Shown piece after piece: positions 32,701 through 43,738 of a DNA stretch of 64,000 nt. The position numbers were made by a program, and so were the translations under genes. Source of the stretch: Savitreella phatthalungensis (lineage: Eukaryota); contig AP039689.1 of the NCBI GenBank assembly GCA_051599415.1, positions 310,001-374,000 on the forward strand. The letters run 5' to 3'. The stretch's first letter is position 1. Each line of letters opens with the position of its first letter. A model generated the notes under the pieces. That model made no database searches. It was not told where the DNA came from and saw nothing but the letters and a program-made list of their open reading frames with translations.

Positions 32701-33259
32701 TACCTGCTGCAGCTACGATGAAACGTGGAGTAAGGCCTCAAAGTACCAAATATTGGGAAGGTCAGCAAATTGAAGATGGACGCGGTCGAATTGGACTCGA
32801 TCAAGTTAAAATCGCCTTTTGTGTCAGATTGATAATTGCCGGTGGCAGTTCAAGAGTCCAGTAAATTATTCAGATCTTTTAATTCGATATTGAATAAAAA
32901 CCCAGTCATACAACCACCGATCCACGCGCTCTAAATCCCACCACGCCTGTAAATACGCCGCCGCCCCAGGTCTACCAGACTTTCTATCGCGCGAGGCAAC
33001 CATACACATCGCCCTCCTACACATTGTTGCTCCTTTCCAGTCAGGCTGTCGTCTGGGTCGCCCGTCGTTCACTTGCTCTTGCTCTCGCTCTTGCTCTCGC
33101 TCTCGCCCTTACTGTCCCAGTCTGCCCTCTACAGGACACAATCGCTCATCTATAAGTAGACCTCGATTCCCACCCTCGTAGCGTTTCTTCAGACTCAATC
33201 TCAACCAACCTCAACCACCCAACACACCTTACCTTCCAATCCCCCATCAGCATCATACG

Positions 33260-34915
33260 ATGGCGGATCTCAAGGCCCCCCACAATGCCAACAAGATTGA
33301 GCTGGCTGCCACTGACGATGTCGAGCGCATCGAGGCCCCAGTCACATGGCGTGCATACCTCATGTGCGTCTTCGCCTCCTTCGGTGGTATCTTCTTCGGA
33401 TACGACTCTGGATACATTGGTGGAGTTCAGGGCATGACCTACTTCATCCACACGATCGAGGGACAGAACGCGAAGGCGCTCACCTCGTCCCACTCTTCCC
33501 TCATCGTCTCGATTCTTTCTGCTGGTACTTTCTTCGGCGCCATCATCGCTGGTGACATCTCTGACTGGATCGGTCGTCGTTCCACCATCATTCTCGGATG
33601 CGGCGTTTTCATCGTCGGCGTCATCCTTCAGACTGCTTCTGCCGGCCTTGGCCTGCTCGTTGCCGGACGTCTCATTGCCGGTTTCGGTGTCGGTTTCGTC
33701 TCGGCAATCATTATTCTTTACATGGCCGAGATTGCACCCCGCAAGGTTCGTGGTGCCATCGTTTCCGGCTACCAGTTCTGCATTACCATTGGTCTGCTGC
33801 TCGCCGCTTGCGTGACCTACGGAACTGAGAACTACACCAACTCTGGCTCTTACCGTATCCCGATCGCCCTCCAGATGCTCTGGGCACTCATCCTTGCAGG
33901 TGGACTCTTCCTCCTGCCCGAGTCCCCACGTTTCTTCGTCAAGAAGGGCAACCTCGACGCCGCTCGCAGCGCCCTTGCCCGCGTCCGTGGCCAGCCCATT
34001 CACTCCGAGTTCGTCGAGACCGAGCTTTCTGAGATCATTGCCAACTACGAGTACGAGCGTCAGGTCATTCCGCAGTCCGGCTACTTCGGCTCGTGGCTCA
34101 ACTGCTTCAAGGGCTCGCTCGGTGACGCCGGATCCAACGTCCGCCGCACCATTCTCGGTACATCCATCCAGATGATGCAGCAGTGGACTGGTGTCAACTT
34201 CGTCTTCTACTACTCGACTCCTTTCCTCAAGTCGACCGGTGTTATCTCGAACCCGTTCCTGATCTCCCTCGTCTTCACCGCTGTCAACGTCGGCTCCACC
34301 CCTCTTTCCTTCTGGATCGTTGAGCGCTTTGGTCGTCGCCCGATGCTCTTCTGGGGAGCTGTCGGCATGGCTGTCTGCGAGCTCATCGTTCTCGTTGTTG
34401 GTGTCACCGTCGGATTCGACAAGCAGGACGCCAACGGCGCACCTCTCAACCTGTCTGCCGTTCGTGCTCAGATCTCCTTCATCGCCATCTACATCTTCTT
34501 CTTCGCCACCACCTGGGGACCTGCCGCATGGGTCGTCATTGGCGAGACCTTCCCTCTGCCGATCCGTTCGCGTGGTGTTGGTCTCTCGACCGCCTCGAAC
34601 TGGCTGTGGAACTGCATCATCGCTACCATCACCCCATACTTGGTCGGTGAGGACAAGGCCAACCTGAAGTCGAAGGTGTTCGCCCTCTGGTTTGCCCTTT
34701 GCTTCTGCTGCATCGTCTACGCCTACTTTATCGTGCCTGAGACCAAGGGTCTCTCGCTCGAGCAGGTCGACCAGATGCTGTCTGAGGGTGTCAAGCCATG
34801 GCAGTCCGCCAACTGGAAGCCTCGCACCACTTACGCTGCTGAGGCTGGCATCCGTGACGGCAAGCTCGAGAAGGAGGTCGTTCAGCACGCTGAGGACCAC
34901 GCCACTGCTCTCTAA
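33260..34915 (+). CDS. MFS sugar porter, high-affinity hexose transporter-like
   Basis: FGGIFFGYDSG, DWIGRR, AEIAPRKVRG, LPESPR, QQWTGVNF, VERFGRR, VPETKGLSLEQ; strong codon bias. Confidence 0.97.
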   Translation: MADLKAPHNANKIELAATDDVERIEAPVTWRAYLMCVFASFGGIFFGYDSGYIGGVQGMTYFIHTIEGQNAKALTSSHSSLIVSILSAGTFFGAIIAGDISDWIGRRSTIILGCGVFIVGVILQTASAGLGLLVAGRLIAGFGVGFVSAIIILYMAEIAPRKVRGAIVSGYQFCITIGLLLAACVTYGTENYTNSGSYRIPIALQMLWALILAGGLFLLPESPRFFVKKGNLDAARSALARVRGQPIHSEFVETELSEIIANYEYERQVIPQSGYFGSWLNCFKGSLGDAGSNVRRTILGTSIQMMQQWTGVNFVFYYSTPFLKSTGVISNPFLISLVFTAVNVGSTPLSFWIVERFGRRPMLFWGAVGMAVCELIVLVVGVTVGFDKQDANGAPLNLSAVRAQISFIAIYIFFFATTWGPAAWVVIGETFPLPIRSRGVGLSTASNWLWNCIIATITPYLVGEDKANLKSKVFALWFALCFCCIVYAYFIVPETKGLSLEQVDQMLSEGVKPWQSANWKPRTTYAAEAGIRDGKLEKEVVQHAEDHATAL

Positions 34916-35438
34916 AGCGGTGACATGTCCGACACTTGCTTGTTCAACCACGGCCTCGATACGTCTTTAAGGAGCATCCACTACTACACATTCTACCTCA
35001 TAAAAACTTCCCCCTTTTTCATACTTCTCGTCTCCTGACAAATGACCATTTACTATTCCACTTATTCTGCTTACTCTACTTGATTCTACTTGTTGAATGT
35101 CCTCGGCGAGCTCCTTTCATACCATGAATCGTCTTCTTCATCTGTCTATTGCCGAGCGATATTCAGTGGCACGTCCTTGAGGCTGGCTCATCGACTTCGC
35201 CTGGCCGTGACTTGGACTGCAGATTCCATAACCTCGACCTCGCGATAAAATTCATTGATTTGTGGCTTGCATCTGAGCCACAAAACTGACATTGCACAAG
35301 CTCGTTCAAACATTGACTGTGCTTTGAACATTTTGCATGCGAGAAAGGCCATGTCTTGAGGGTTAGATTCCTTCATCAGACTCTTCTACCTATACAAGCA
35401 GTCAACGCTCAAATCATTGGGCAACTCTCTCTGACTCT

Positions 35439-36275
35439 ATGGCGTCTCTACTTGCTGGTCGAACGGCGTTGAGTCGTTGCACATGTGTGTCGATTCGGCC
35501 TGTGATGAGCTCGGAGAGCCGATCTATGTCATCGAAGAGCCGGGGACGGAACAAGAAGCGGGGCAAGGGTGGGAAGGTTGACCGTGACGCTATCAACATG
35601 ATGCCTTTGACGTCGGCGCTGTCGTTCCTCCGAGCCGCAGAGGCACCATACCCGCGCGCCACCACACTCTCCCTCGCAGTCAGGCTCAGACTCGAGAAGC
35701 AGAGCGTACCACTCAGAGGCACGCTCTCACTCCCGAAACCACTCCCTTCAAAGACTCGCGTCGCAGTGTTCACAGGGTCGGTGGCAGAGCGGGATGCCGC
35801 GCTGGCGGCAGGAGCATCGGTTGCTGGAGGTGAGGAGTTGGTTCGGCAGGTGCTGGATGAGGGGAAGATTGATTTCGATAAGTGTTTGGCGACAACGGCT
35901 GGGATGTCTGGTGTTGTTGCCAAGGCGCCTAAGCTTGCGAGGGTGTTGGGACCGAAGGGCTTGATGCCAAACGCGAAGCGTGGGACTGTGGTGTCTGATA
36001 TCGCCGCTGCGCTCGCCGCAGCCGCCACCGATGTCGACTACAGGCAGCGTGCAGGACCTGTGGTGCGGATGCCCGTGGCTTCGACGACATTTGCAGACGA
36101 GGAGGTGCTTGGGAACGTTCAGTACGCAGTCAGAAAGCTCCAGGCGCTCGGAAGCGCAGGCACAGCTGGTAAAGGTGTTGGTGTGACCTCCATTGACCAG
36201 GTCGTCCTCTCCTCCACGCATGGACCGGGCATCCCAATTCCGCCTTCGGAATGGCAAGTGCAGAAGAGGATTTAG
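35439..36275 (+). CDS. MRPL1: Mitochondrial ribosomal protein uL1m
   Basis: LRGTLSLP, GGEELV, FDKCLAT, LARVLGPKGLMPNAKRGTV, LSSTHGPGI. Confidence 0.93.
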   Translation: MASLLAGRTALSRCTCVSIRPVMSSESRSMSSKSRGRNKKRGKGGKVDRDAINMMPLTSALSFLRAAEAPYPRATTLSLAVRLRLEKQSVPLRGTLSLPKPLPSKTRVAVFTGSVAERDAALAAGASVAGGEELVRQVLDEGKIDFDKCLATTAGMSGVVAKAPKLARVLGPKGLMPNAKRGTVVSDIAAALAAAATDVDYRQRAGPVVRMPVASTTFADEEVLGNVQYAVRKLQALGSAGTAGKGVGVTSIDQVVLSSTHGPGIPIPPSEWQVQKRI

Positions 36276-36404
36276 TTCTCTGCTTTGGCACAACAATCAG
36301 CCGCGTGCACGCATTTGCATCGTAAAAGTGGAAGGATATACAATTGTACAAAATGTTCAGAGTGGTCATGCTCAGGTGACTCGCATGTACTTGATTTGGC
36401 GAGA

Positions 36405-37304
36405 CTACTCCATCTTGACGCGCTTCGCACGCGCATCTTCGTCTTCGTCGTCAACGTCAGCTGCTGGACCTTCGTCTGCCTCCTCGTCGTCGTCGTCATA
36501 GTCATCGTATACTTCCCGGCGAGCCGTTGACGCTGCTTGCTTGGGCGCAACAAAGACCGCAGGTCTAGATGCAGTTGCTGGAGCTGGCGCTGGCGCCGGC
36601 GCCGCGGGCTTCTCATCCACATCCATCTCTTCTTTCCAGGACTGTTGATGTGTAGGCGGTATTCTCCGTGGTGGGGTATTTCCGGTTGCTATGAGAGTAG
36701 GTGGCACTTCGGCGGTCTCGCTGCCATTGCCGCGAGCTGGATAGCCCTGTTGTCTGAGCGATGGGGATACGGTCTGCGTGCTTACAGCCGGTGTGATTGG
36801 GACGTTGGGTGTGCCTGTTGCTACGCTAGTTCGCTTGCCGCTGCCCACCGGTCGTCCTCGGGGCCTTGGCATTGGCTGATTGCCGGCGGCGGCAGAGCTA
36901 TCGCCGTTCCTGTCGCGATTGCCACTGTGATTGCTGCTCTTCTCGACGCGAACGACGTCTGGGATCGCTTGAACTTTATCGAGGAGGAAGTCGAAGGCCT
37001 CGTTAGCCTTGACTGCGAGTTTGACGTGGCCGAGAACGACTTTCCGGTGACCTGTCTCTACGGCTTGCTGAGCGGACTCATGTACAACTGACTGCATGAA
37101 AAGTTCAAGCGCCTTGGAAATGATGACGGGGACGACCTGAGAGACTTTGCCAACATCGTCATCTGCCTGCATGATCTTCTTGATCCGAGCGACTGGAAAG
37201 CGCGACTTCCATGGCTGTTCGTCTGAAGAAAGCGCGCCTGAGTCTGCATCGCTTGCTGACGGGAGCGGAGGAGGAATTGATTGCTTGGCTCGCTTTGGAG
37301 GCAT
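36405..37304 (-). CDS. BUR6: NC2 alpha (Bur6/DRAP1) histone-fold protein
   Basis: SRFPVARIKKIMQADDDVGKVSQVVPVIISKALELF...FDFL. Confidence 0.93.
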   Translation of the reverse strand: MPPKRAKQSIPPPLPSASDADSGALSSDEQPWKSRFPVARIKKIMQADDDVGKVSQVVPVIISKALELFMQSVVHESAQQAVETGHRKVVLGHVKLAVKANEAFDFLLDKVQAIPDVVRVEKSSNHSGNRDRNGDSSAAAGNQPMPRPRGRPVGSGKRTSVATGTPNVPITPAVSTQTVSPSLRQQGYPARGNGSETAEVPPTLIATGNTPPRRIPPTHQQSWKEEMDVDEKPAAPAPAPAPATASRPAVFVAPKQAASTARREVYDDYDDDDEEADEGPAADVDDEDEDARAKRVKME

Positions 37305-38104
37305 ACTTCCTGAGCTATTCGGACAAAGATGGGTTAGATGTAGTTGGTTAGTGTAGATGACTCGATAGGTCTGAGTGGATGCGGCTCATGGCTGCTGTGT
37401 GAAGGTATTGGGCAAAGGATTGAAGACAGCTGGGAGATGGACCTCAAGGACTTGTGCCCCAATGCTTGACCACTACAAGGCGCTTTTTGTTGTGAAGGTC
37501 ATCATTAGAGGGCGCGCGTCGTGCAGTTTATATATTCTGCATATCCTCACATGCACATGCATCCATGCATCCATGCATCCAGCTGCAGTTGACTCTTATG
37601 AATTGCTAAATTTCCAATTCCAATTACATTTATCCAACTCCAATTGGAAGAATAATAAAGTTCAATTTAAATGAACTCTAATTTTACATGTTCACAGAAT
37701 TAGCTAGGGTTTTAAATTCGTCTTCACGAATAGATAAGACCGATTTGGTCATTTGATTCGATATCAAGAAGAATACAGAGAAAGGCCGGCTGATTCATTA
37801 TAATTGCTATAAGGAATTTCAATTCTATCTACAGTCCTGCCTAGATAAGACCAAATTCAGCTATGCATTCAGTCACTAATTGTAGTCAATATTCGATGCA
37901 CGCACAGATTCACGTGTCTATTCATAGCACGCTCTCTACAGTATATCCTCGAGCCACTCCACATGCTCGTAAGGGCACTAAGGAGTTCCTCAGGACTACA
38001 CAGTATTCATCATCTATAGCTATGTACTCTACTCGCTTGTAGCCTGTATATCTCCGACTCATTCTGTGATGTTTGACTCTTAGAGGGACATAATCAGCTT
38101 AGAC

Positions 38105-39034
38105 TCACGGAAGTCCCTCCTTCAACACATCCTCAGACACTCCGATCCCGCCACCTTGTTCTCGCCACTTTTGTATCTTGTGCTGCCGCCGCCGATTAGC
38201 CAGCTCGACCAGCGTAGGCCAATACTCATCATGCACATAGTCAAATTGCAGCTTCCCATCGAACGTCTCGTCGAGCTGCTCACTCGGCACAAACTCGTTC
38301 AGATCTTCGTTGAACTTGAGTTTCTCCCGCGTCATCGGGTCCATGAAACGGAGGATGAATGTGAAGAAGCCATTCACGATCCAAGGAATGTTGATGACAT
38401 ACGCCTTTCCCAGCGTCTCTGCGTAATACGTCTGCAGTAGTCCGAGCACTTCGCGTCCCTGGCCGAGCGAGGGTATCTTGCCTGATGTTGCCCCCTTGAA
38501 GTTGACCAGGAGTGCGATGTTCTCTACCCCGTGAGGCATCAGGTCCACACACCGCTCGAGCGTCCACACGACAAATTGAATCTGTCGCGCACTCGTCGGC
38601 GTGTTTTGTCTGCCAGGGTACAGGTACAGGCATGGTCGCTGGCACTTGTCCCATCCAATCACGACCTGCTTCCCAGTCGTATTCTCCGGTGCGACGTGTT
38701 CCGCCGTCAGATCCGTGGTCCCGTACTCTTTTCGCCACTTCAAAGTCTCCTCCACGCGCTGCTGCGTCTTTGACAGATCCCACCGCGTCGCTCGGCAGAA
38801 TCGGAGCAACTGCTCACGCGTCAAGTAGAACTTCTCATCGTCCGTCAACGAGCCTTCACGCGTCTTCAACCATACCAAGAGCTCCTCGTACTGTCCCGTC
38901 TGCGCAGCGTCCAGCGTCGGTCGAGGTGCAGGTACTGTGCCATCGAGCGGATGTTCAATCATTGTTGTCACGGACCCAGCGCGCTTCTCTCCCACAGCAG
39001 TCTCTTCGGACTTACTGGCGCCAAAGAGCCCCAT
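38105..39034 (-). CDS. PDR16: Sec14-like CRAL-TRIO lipid transfer protein (Pdr16/Sfh3-like)
   Basis: LTREQLLRFCRATRW, ENTTGKQV..GWD..RPCLYL.PGRQNT, YYAETLG, DPMTREKLKFNE. Confidence 0.88.
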   Translation of the reverse strand: MGLFGASKSEETAVGEKRAGSVTTMIEHPLDGTVPAPRPTLDAAQTGQYEELLVWLKTREGSLTDDEKFYLTREQLLRFCRATRWDLSKTQQRVEETLKWRKEYGTTDLTAEHVAPENTTGKQVVIGWDKCQRPCLYLYPGRQNTPTSARQIQFVVWTLERCVDLMPHGVENIALLVNFKGATSGKIPSLGQGREVLGLLQTYYAETLGKAYVINIPWIVNGFFTFILRFMDPMTREKLKFNEDLNEFVPSEQLDETFDGKLQFDYVHDEYWPTLVELANRRRQHKIQKWREQGGGIGVSEDVLKEGLP

Positions 39035-39509
39035 TTGGTAAGTCTCTCAGAATCTTGCTGGATCCCTTCCCTGATCTGTGCAAGACTTGTATTGTGCTCC
39101 GACTGTGTCAGGCAGGACCGTTGGTGGTGTGCGTCACTTTTTGTGACCGCAGACGTCACAAAATTCGGATTAACTCCGTTCAGGTCAATGTTCTGTTACT
39201 ACTTTAGTCCGTTGCACAATAGCGTGTAAAATGCATGTGATGTGTGATGATTGAGGACGAAGCCATGCTCTTCCACCTCATGAGGTCTATCATCATAGTC
39301 ATGATATATTCGTCTCTCGGTCAATGTCTAGCCTTACCTAGCCTAGCTCGCTGCAGCCTGCGTGTGCGCGCACTGGGCCTATTCCCAGAGACGTGCATCT
39401 CCTGCGCACATCTCAAGCCCCTGTCTTCCATGATACCGGACTCGAGATGCTCCAGCGGGCTTTCTCATCGTTCCGCTTTCAGATCATCGGAGTTTAGCAT
39501 GAAAGATGC

Positions 39510-40089
39510 TTAACCGTCATTCTCGTCAAACAACTTCCGTGCTTGAGCAATCTCCTTCTGCATGGCGAGCAGCTCGTCAACACGACCGAGTTTGTTGGGC
39601 TCCTTGCGGAGTGCATACCTGAAGTCGTCGACCTTCATCCGCCTTGTGTAGTGACTGTGTGCACCATCACCAGTAGAACCGCCGCCAGCGTTACCTCCGC
39701 CACTCCCGCCTGCATTCCCACCTCGTCCTGACTTCTTCGTATCGCCATCACCAGCGCTTGCTGCCGCAGCAGCAGCCGCTGCTGCAGCCGCTGCCTTTGC
39801 GCCAGAGGCTGACGCTGGTAGTGGTACGCCCAGGGATGTAGTTGAGCATCGACGTGCTTCCGCAATTAGCTCTGCCATGTAGTCTATCAGGATATCTTCC
39901 ATCGCAGCAACACTCTCTGGCTGCGGATCGTCGTCGCCAAACGCGTACATCAAGGCTTTCACTGGATGAAATCGGGTTAGTATTGCTCGGGCAGAAGACT
40001 CGGGCAGGAGACTTACAGTCCTTGGCGAAAAGTGGACCTCCCCGACGCGCAGCTGCTTGGCGTGCTGCCGCACTGCGATTCGAACTCAT
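39510..40089 (-). CDS. TAF13: TFIID subunit 13; exons 40089-40017 and 39961-39510
   Basis: 55-nt intron (GTAAGT...CTAAC...CAG) yields LFAKDLKALMYAFGDD; MKVDDFRYALRKEPNKLGRVDELL. Confidence 0.93.
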
Positions 40090-40488
40090 TCAATCAGAGC
40101 ACTGGGGTTTATTGTAGCAACAGAAGAAGATTTGAGTGAGCTGCGATACTCATGATGCCGACCTTGCAATGGCGACGGGAGTATAAGGCACTATAGTACA
40201 GGCGTGCGCTTCAACTTGTAAGGTAGACTGTGAGAGCGCTCTGTGCATTGCAATGCCTACTCCATCTGTAGTACACACACACTAGACCGGATGCAGTGAG
40301 AGACCTTGTTTGGCCTTGCACGTGCGCATATACTCTCTGTGGAAATTCAGACTGTGTTGGCTAATCGATCGAGCTGCTCGAGCAAGACGTCGAGCATCAA
40401 GCAACGACCAGTACTCTTCCTGCACCGTCAGCACTACACAAGTACTCGATCAGCAGGCATCAGTCGACAACGGTACCGACACACAGTC

Positions 40489-40900
40489 ATGGCTTCCAAG
40501 TACGCCTTTTCGAAAGGGCTCAAAGAGGTAAGCTTTGCAATGAATACCTCAATCATTCTCGGCCATCTCAAGTACTGACCTTTGACCAAGCTCCGATTCC
40601 ACTTCTGTCACACAAGCGAGGCAAGTGCAGGCTTGAAGCAATTCCTCAAGAGCTCCTACCCGACGATGAAGAAGCACAACCCGGAGACACCAATGCTGAT
40701 CCGGGAGGCTTTCGGCGTCAAGCCTGTTGTATGGGCCCGCTACGGTAAGTTGATTGCACGCCTGTGCAGCATGCATGGTCATACTTATGTGGCAGGAGAC
40801 TGACTAGAATCCAGAGCACGGACGCGAGACAAAGACGAGCGTGGACGGTTTGTCTGCAACGGAAGTCGAGAAGGCTGTTCAGGGACTCGCACAGTCGTAG
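40489..40900 (+). CDS. NDUFA2: Complex I accessory subunit B8/10.5 kDa; exons 40489-40527, 40591-40744, 40815-40900
   Basis: Spliced product MASKYAFSKGLKELRFHFCHTSEASAGLKQFLKSSYPTMKKHNPETPMLIREAFGVKPVVWARYEHGRETKTSVDGLSATEVEKAVQGLAQS. Confidence 0.93.
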
Positions 40901-41372
40901 AGCCGCAGGAGAAGGCGACAGAGCGACTCATGAGAAAGCCCGAAGCGATAATGCTCCCTACTTAGCGATGAGCTCAAACACTGTATCATACCACAAATCG
41001 TCCAATGCATTAGTGCAAGCGCTTCAAAGAGGACACGATGAGACGAATTGGTTCACGTCTTGAATCGCCAGAACCTCGTGATTCGCACCGGCCGTAGATC
41101 TCCCATGACTACGTGAAGGTCTTCTGTTTGCGCTCAGAAAGTAGCGCGAGTACCATGCGAAAGTTTCGCTGAGCCTGCCATGTAATGCTAATGTGGTCGG
41201 CGAGCCTGTGCAGGATTTGTGCATCCTTCGGGTGTCTTCATAATCTTTTACATGGATATCTGTAGCTGTGTTGTGTAAATGAGGTACTTCCGTGACAAGT
41301 GACTGTTGACAGGTGACAGAGACACAGGTGCGCATCGGAGGCGGTTGTTGAATAGACTGACTGCTCGACTGT

Positions 41373-42410
41373 ATGCCAGGCACACGGTCCTCCACGAGCA
41401 GGGCTTCTGCCCTTGGCGCAGTCAAGGTCGAGACGGCACCCGACAATGGCTTGTTCCTGCCAGAGACCGCTGACCAATCTTCCGATGAAGAGCTGATGCA
41501 GGATGAAGACGACGAGATCCATCCGCCGTCATCGGCAGTGGACGGAACAATTCTGACAGCGACTGGACTTCGTGCTTCTGAAGAGATCGTTCCTCCGGGC
41601 TCAGCCATACCACATGCAGATGACGCCGTCCTGGAAGACGACAACACGGCGCTACGGTTCTCAGATCCCACAAACGATGACGACGATGATCCAATCGAAT
41701 ACAGCTACGATTTGTTCAGTGCGCCTGCGATGGCGGACACTCTGCACCTGCTGCAGTATCCGATGCGGCCGCGTGATCAGGCGTACAGGGGGGCCGAGAC
41801 GCCTGCTGGCGCCCGATTCAAGGCAAAGACAGGCTGGCTCGAGGTAGATGTGCCGATTCCGGAGACGCAGTTCTACGACACTGAGAACGCAGATAGGTGG
41901 ACGAGCAAGTGGCTGAAGCAGCAGACAATCGGTGGCAAGATTGTAGGATCGCGGCACTACGCAGTCGGCGTTCGCTATGGTGACGAGATCCACCTTATTC
42001 CAGTCGCCGGAGTCGCTCAGCTGAGACCGCTATTCAAGCATGTCGATCAGCGCGACGAGAACGACAGAGCGACACGGTATGATGGTGGAGGGAGCGGCGG
42101 AGCTGGCGCAGGTGGGCAGCAGGGTGAAGGGAAACCCGTGCCGACATCACGCGCGGTCCAGGTATCTGCGAAGAGCGGGGACAATGCATCGCAGGAGACA
42201 GGTAATGCAGCTGCATTGAAGGCGTACCAGGAAGAGCCTTGGCTCGACTTAGGATGGTCTCCGATTGACGCAGAGTCAAAAGACATGGGAGGAGACGTTA
42301 CAAGTCTGCTAGCGCGCCGAAGGGAACCCTGTCACACCAGCACCGAGGCATCACACTTCCTCTCACTTCTATCGACAAACAAGCCTCGAACGACCAAGAC
42401 GCGCTCCTAG
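41373..42410 (+). CDS. RPC37: RNA polymerase III subunit C37/RPC5 (Sin-like)
   Basis: DDDPIEYSYDLF, LHLLQYPMR, GWLEVDVP, YAVG...IHLIPV..VAQLRPLFKHVD, EEPW. Confidence 0.9.
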   Translation: MPGTRSSTSRASALGAVKVETAPDNGLFLPETADQSSDEELMQDEDDEIHPPSSAVDGTILTATGLRASEEIVPPGSAIPHADDAVLEDDNTALRFSDPTNDDDDDPIEYSYDLFSAPAMADTLHLLQYPMRPRDQAYRGAETPAGARFKAKTGWLEVDVPIPETQFYDTENADRWTSKWLKQQTIGGKIVGSRHYAVGVRYGDEIHLIPVAGVAQLRPLFKHVDQRDENDRATRYDGGGSGGAGAGGQQGEGKPVPTSRAVQVSAKSGDNASQETGNAAALKAYQEEPWLDLGWSPIDAESKDMGGDVTSLLARRREPCHTSTEASHFLSLLSTNKPRTTKTRS

Positions 42411-42525
42411 TCAGTAACGAGCCAACTACGCTTAACGAAGATGAACAAGACGTACAATAGACATACATCGATGATTATGACCTGGGCTAGATAAGTACAA
42501 GTAGCATGTGAAAGCGGCCCTCGCT

Positions 42526-43331
42526 TCAATAGTCTTCATCTGTGTATTCGTCACCCCATTCCTCGTTGATCGTCGTGTTCTGCAGAGAATTTGAACGGGA
42601 GGGCACCCTGCTACCACCGAACACAGACTTCGCCTTTCCCTTATTGACAAAAGACCGGGTATTCTGCGCTGGAAAAGCATGTGCTCGAGGCTCGATCGCG
42701 GCTAGAGGTCGTTCATGAGGCTGACGGTGTGTGAGACGCCGTCTGCCTTTTAGACTGGCTGGACCAAGGTCGTATCCATCATCATCGACATCATCCTTCA
42801 TGCATGCGAGCGCGTCTGAAGTCGACGCAGGAGGGCAGACTGCACTGAAGATTTGTGAGCTCAGCGCAAGTCCGACGCCAACGACGATGCCGATGAATGC
42901 TGCCGTCGTCAGGTAGAGATATGCCGGATAGAGTGTCTGCGACAGTGACCTAGCTAGATCAAGCGGTATGCCTATAACGACGTGATAGCATAATTGGAGG
43001 ATGAGTGTTGCAGGGCGCAGGACAGTGAGGATTGAGCCCAAAAGCCATCGAAGTATGGCAAATGCTGGCCTGCATGAGAGTACGACCAATCGCCAAGAGT
43101 ACCTCCTTTAAGAGAATGGTCAGCTTTCGAGAAAGACAGATGATTGAAGTGTTGTTCTTACAGTATGGCGAGAAGAATGTCCCATACGATCCAGAGCTTT
43201 GACCAGTCGGTGAACTTGACCACTTCTGCACTCTTCGTGACTGTTGTCTCTGCTGCATCTGCAAAGCCATTAGACAGGCGGGCGTACAGCTCATCAATGC
43301 CGTTCTCTGCCGTTGGAACAATGACAGACAT
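42526..43331 (-). CDS. Hypothetical membrane protein; exons 43331-43162 and 43105-42526, ~249 aa
   Basis: 56-nt intron (GTAAGA...CTGAC...AAG) joins an ATG exon in frame; hydrophobic segments such as LYLYLTTAAFIGIVVGVGLAL; acidic C-terminus. Confidence 0.7.
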
Positions 43332-43738
43332 GCGAAAAGCTTGCCAATGGAACAGTATCAGTCCTCACACACTCCGTGTCAGGCAATGCTGCTCGTCTTG
43401 ATTGTGCAATAGTCTACTATTGGCTTGATTGACTAGAGTGCTTGAGTGACGTCGATGGATGTTTTGTGCTCAATTTTGAATCAATTGGATGAGCACGCGC
43501 ATGTGACTTAGCTAGCCATGCATGATCGATCGATCGATCTGACTTTGTGGAGAATATGTGCTCCAGCTGACGGCGAGTCACTCGCCCGAGACGTGCGTCA
43601 GACAACCAAGTCAGTCAGTCAGTCACAATTGGAAGCACTCATCGCTCACAGAGACACAGTGAGAACACGTCACAGCCTCCGGACGTCTGATCAGGACCCT
43701 CACGGTCTAGTGGACTATCATTAAGGGCTAGTTGTCGG

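Noticed and set aside
32427..32864. 145-aa ORF upstream of the hexose transporter
   Set aside because: Codon use unlike neighbouring genes, no motif, lies in a probable promoter
33146..34951. 601-aa antisense ORF opposite the hexose transporter
   Set aside because: Codon-register mirror of a strongly biased gene (few TTA/CTA/TCA codons means few antisense stops), GTG start, no protein-like features
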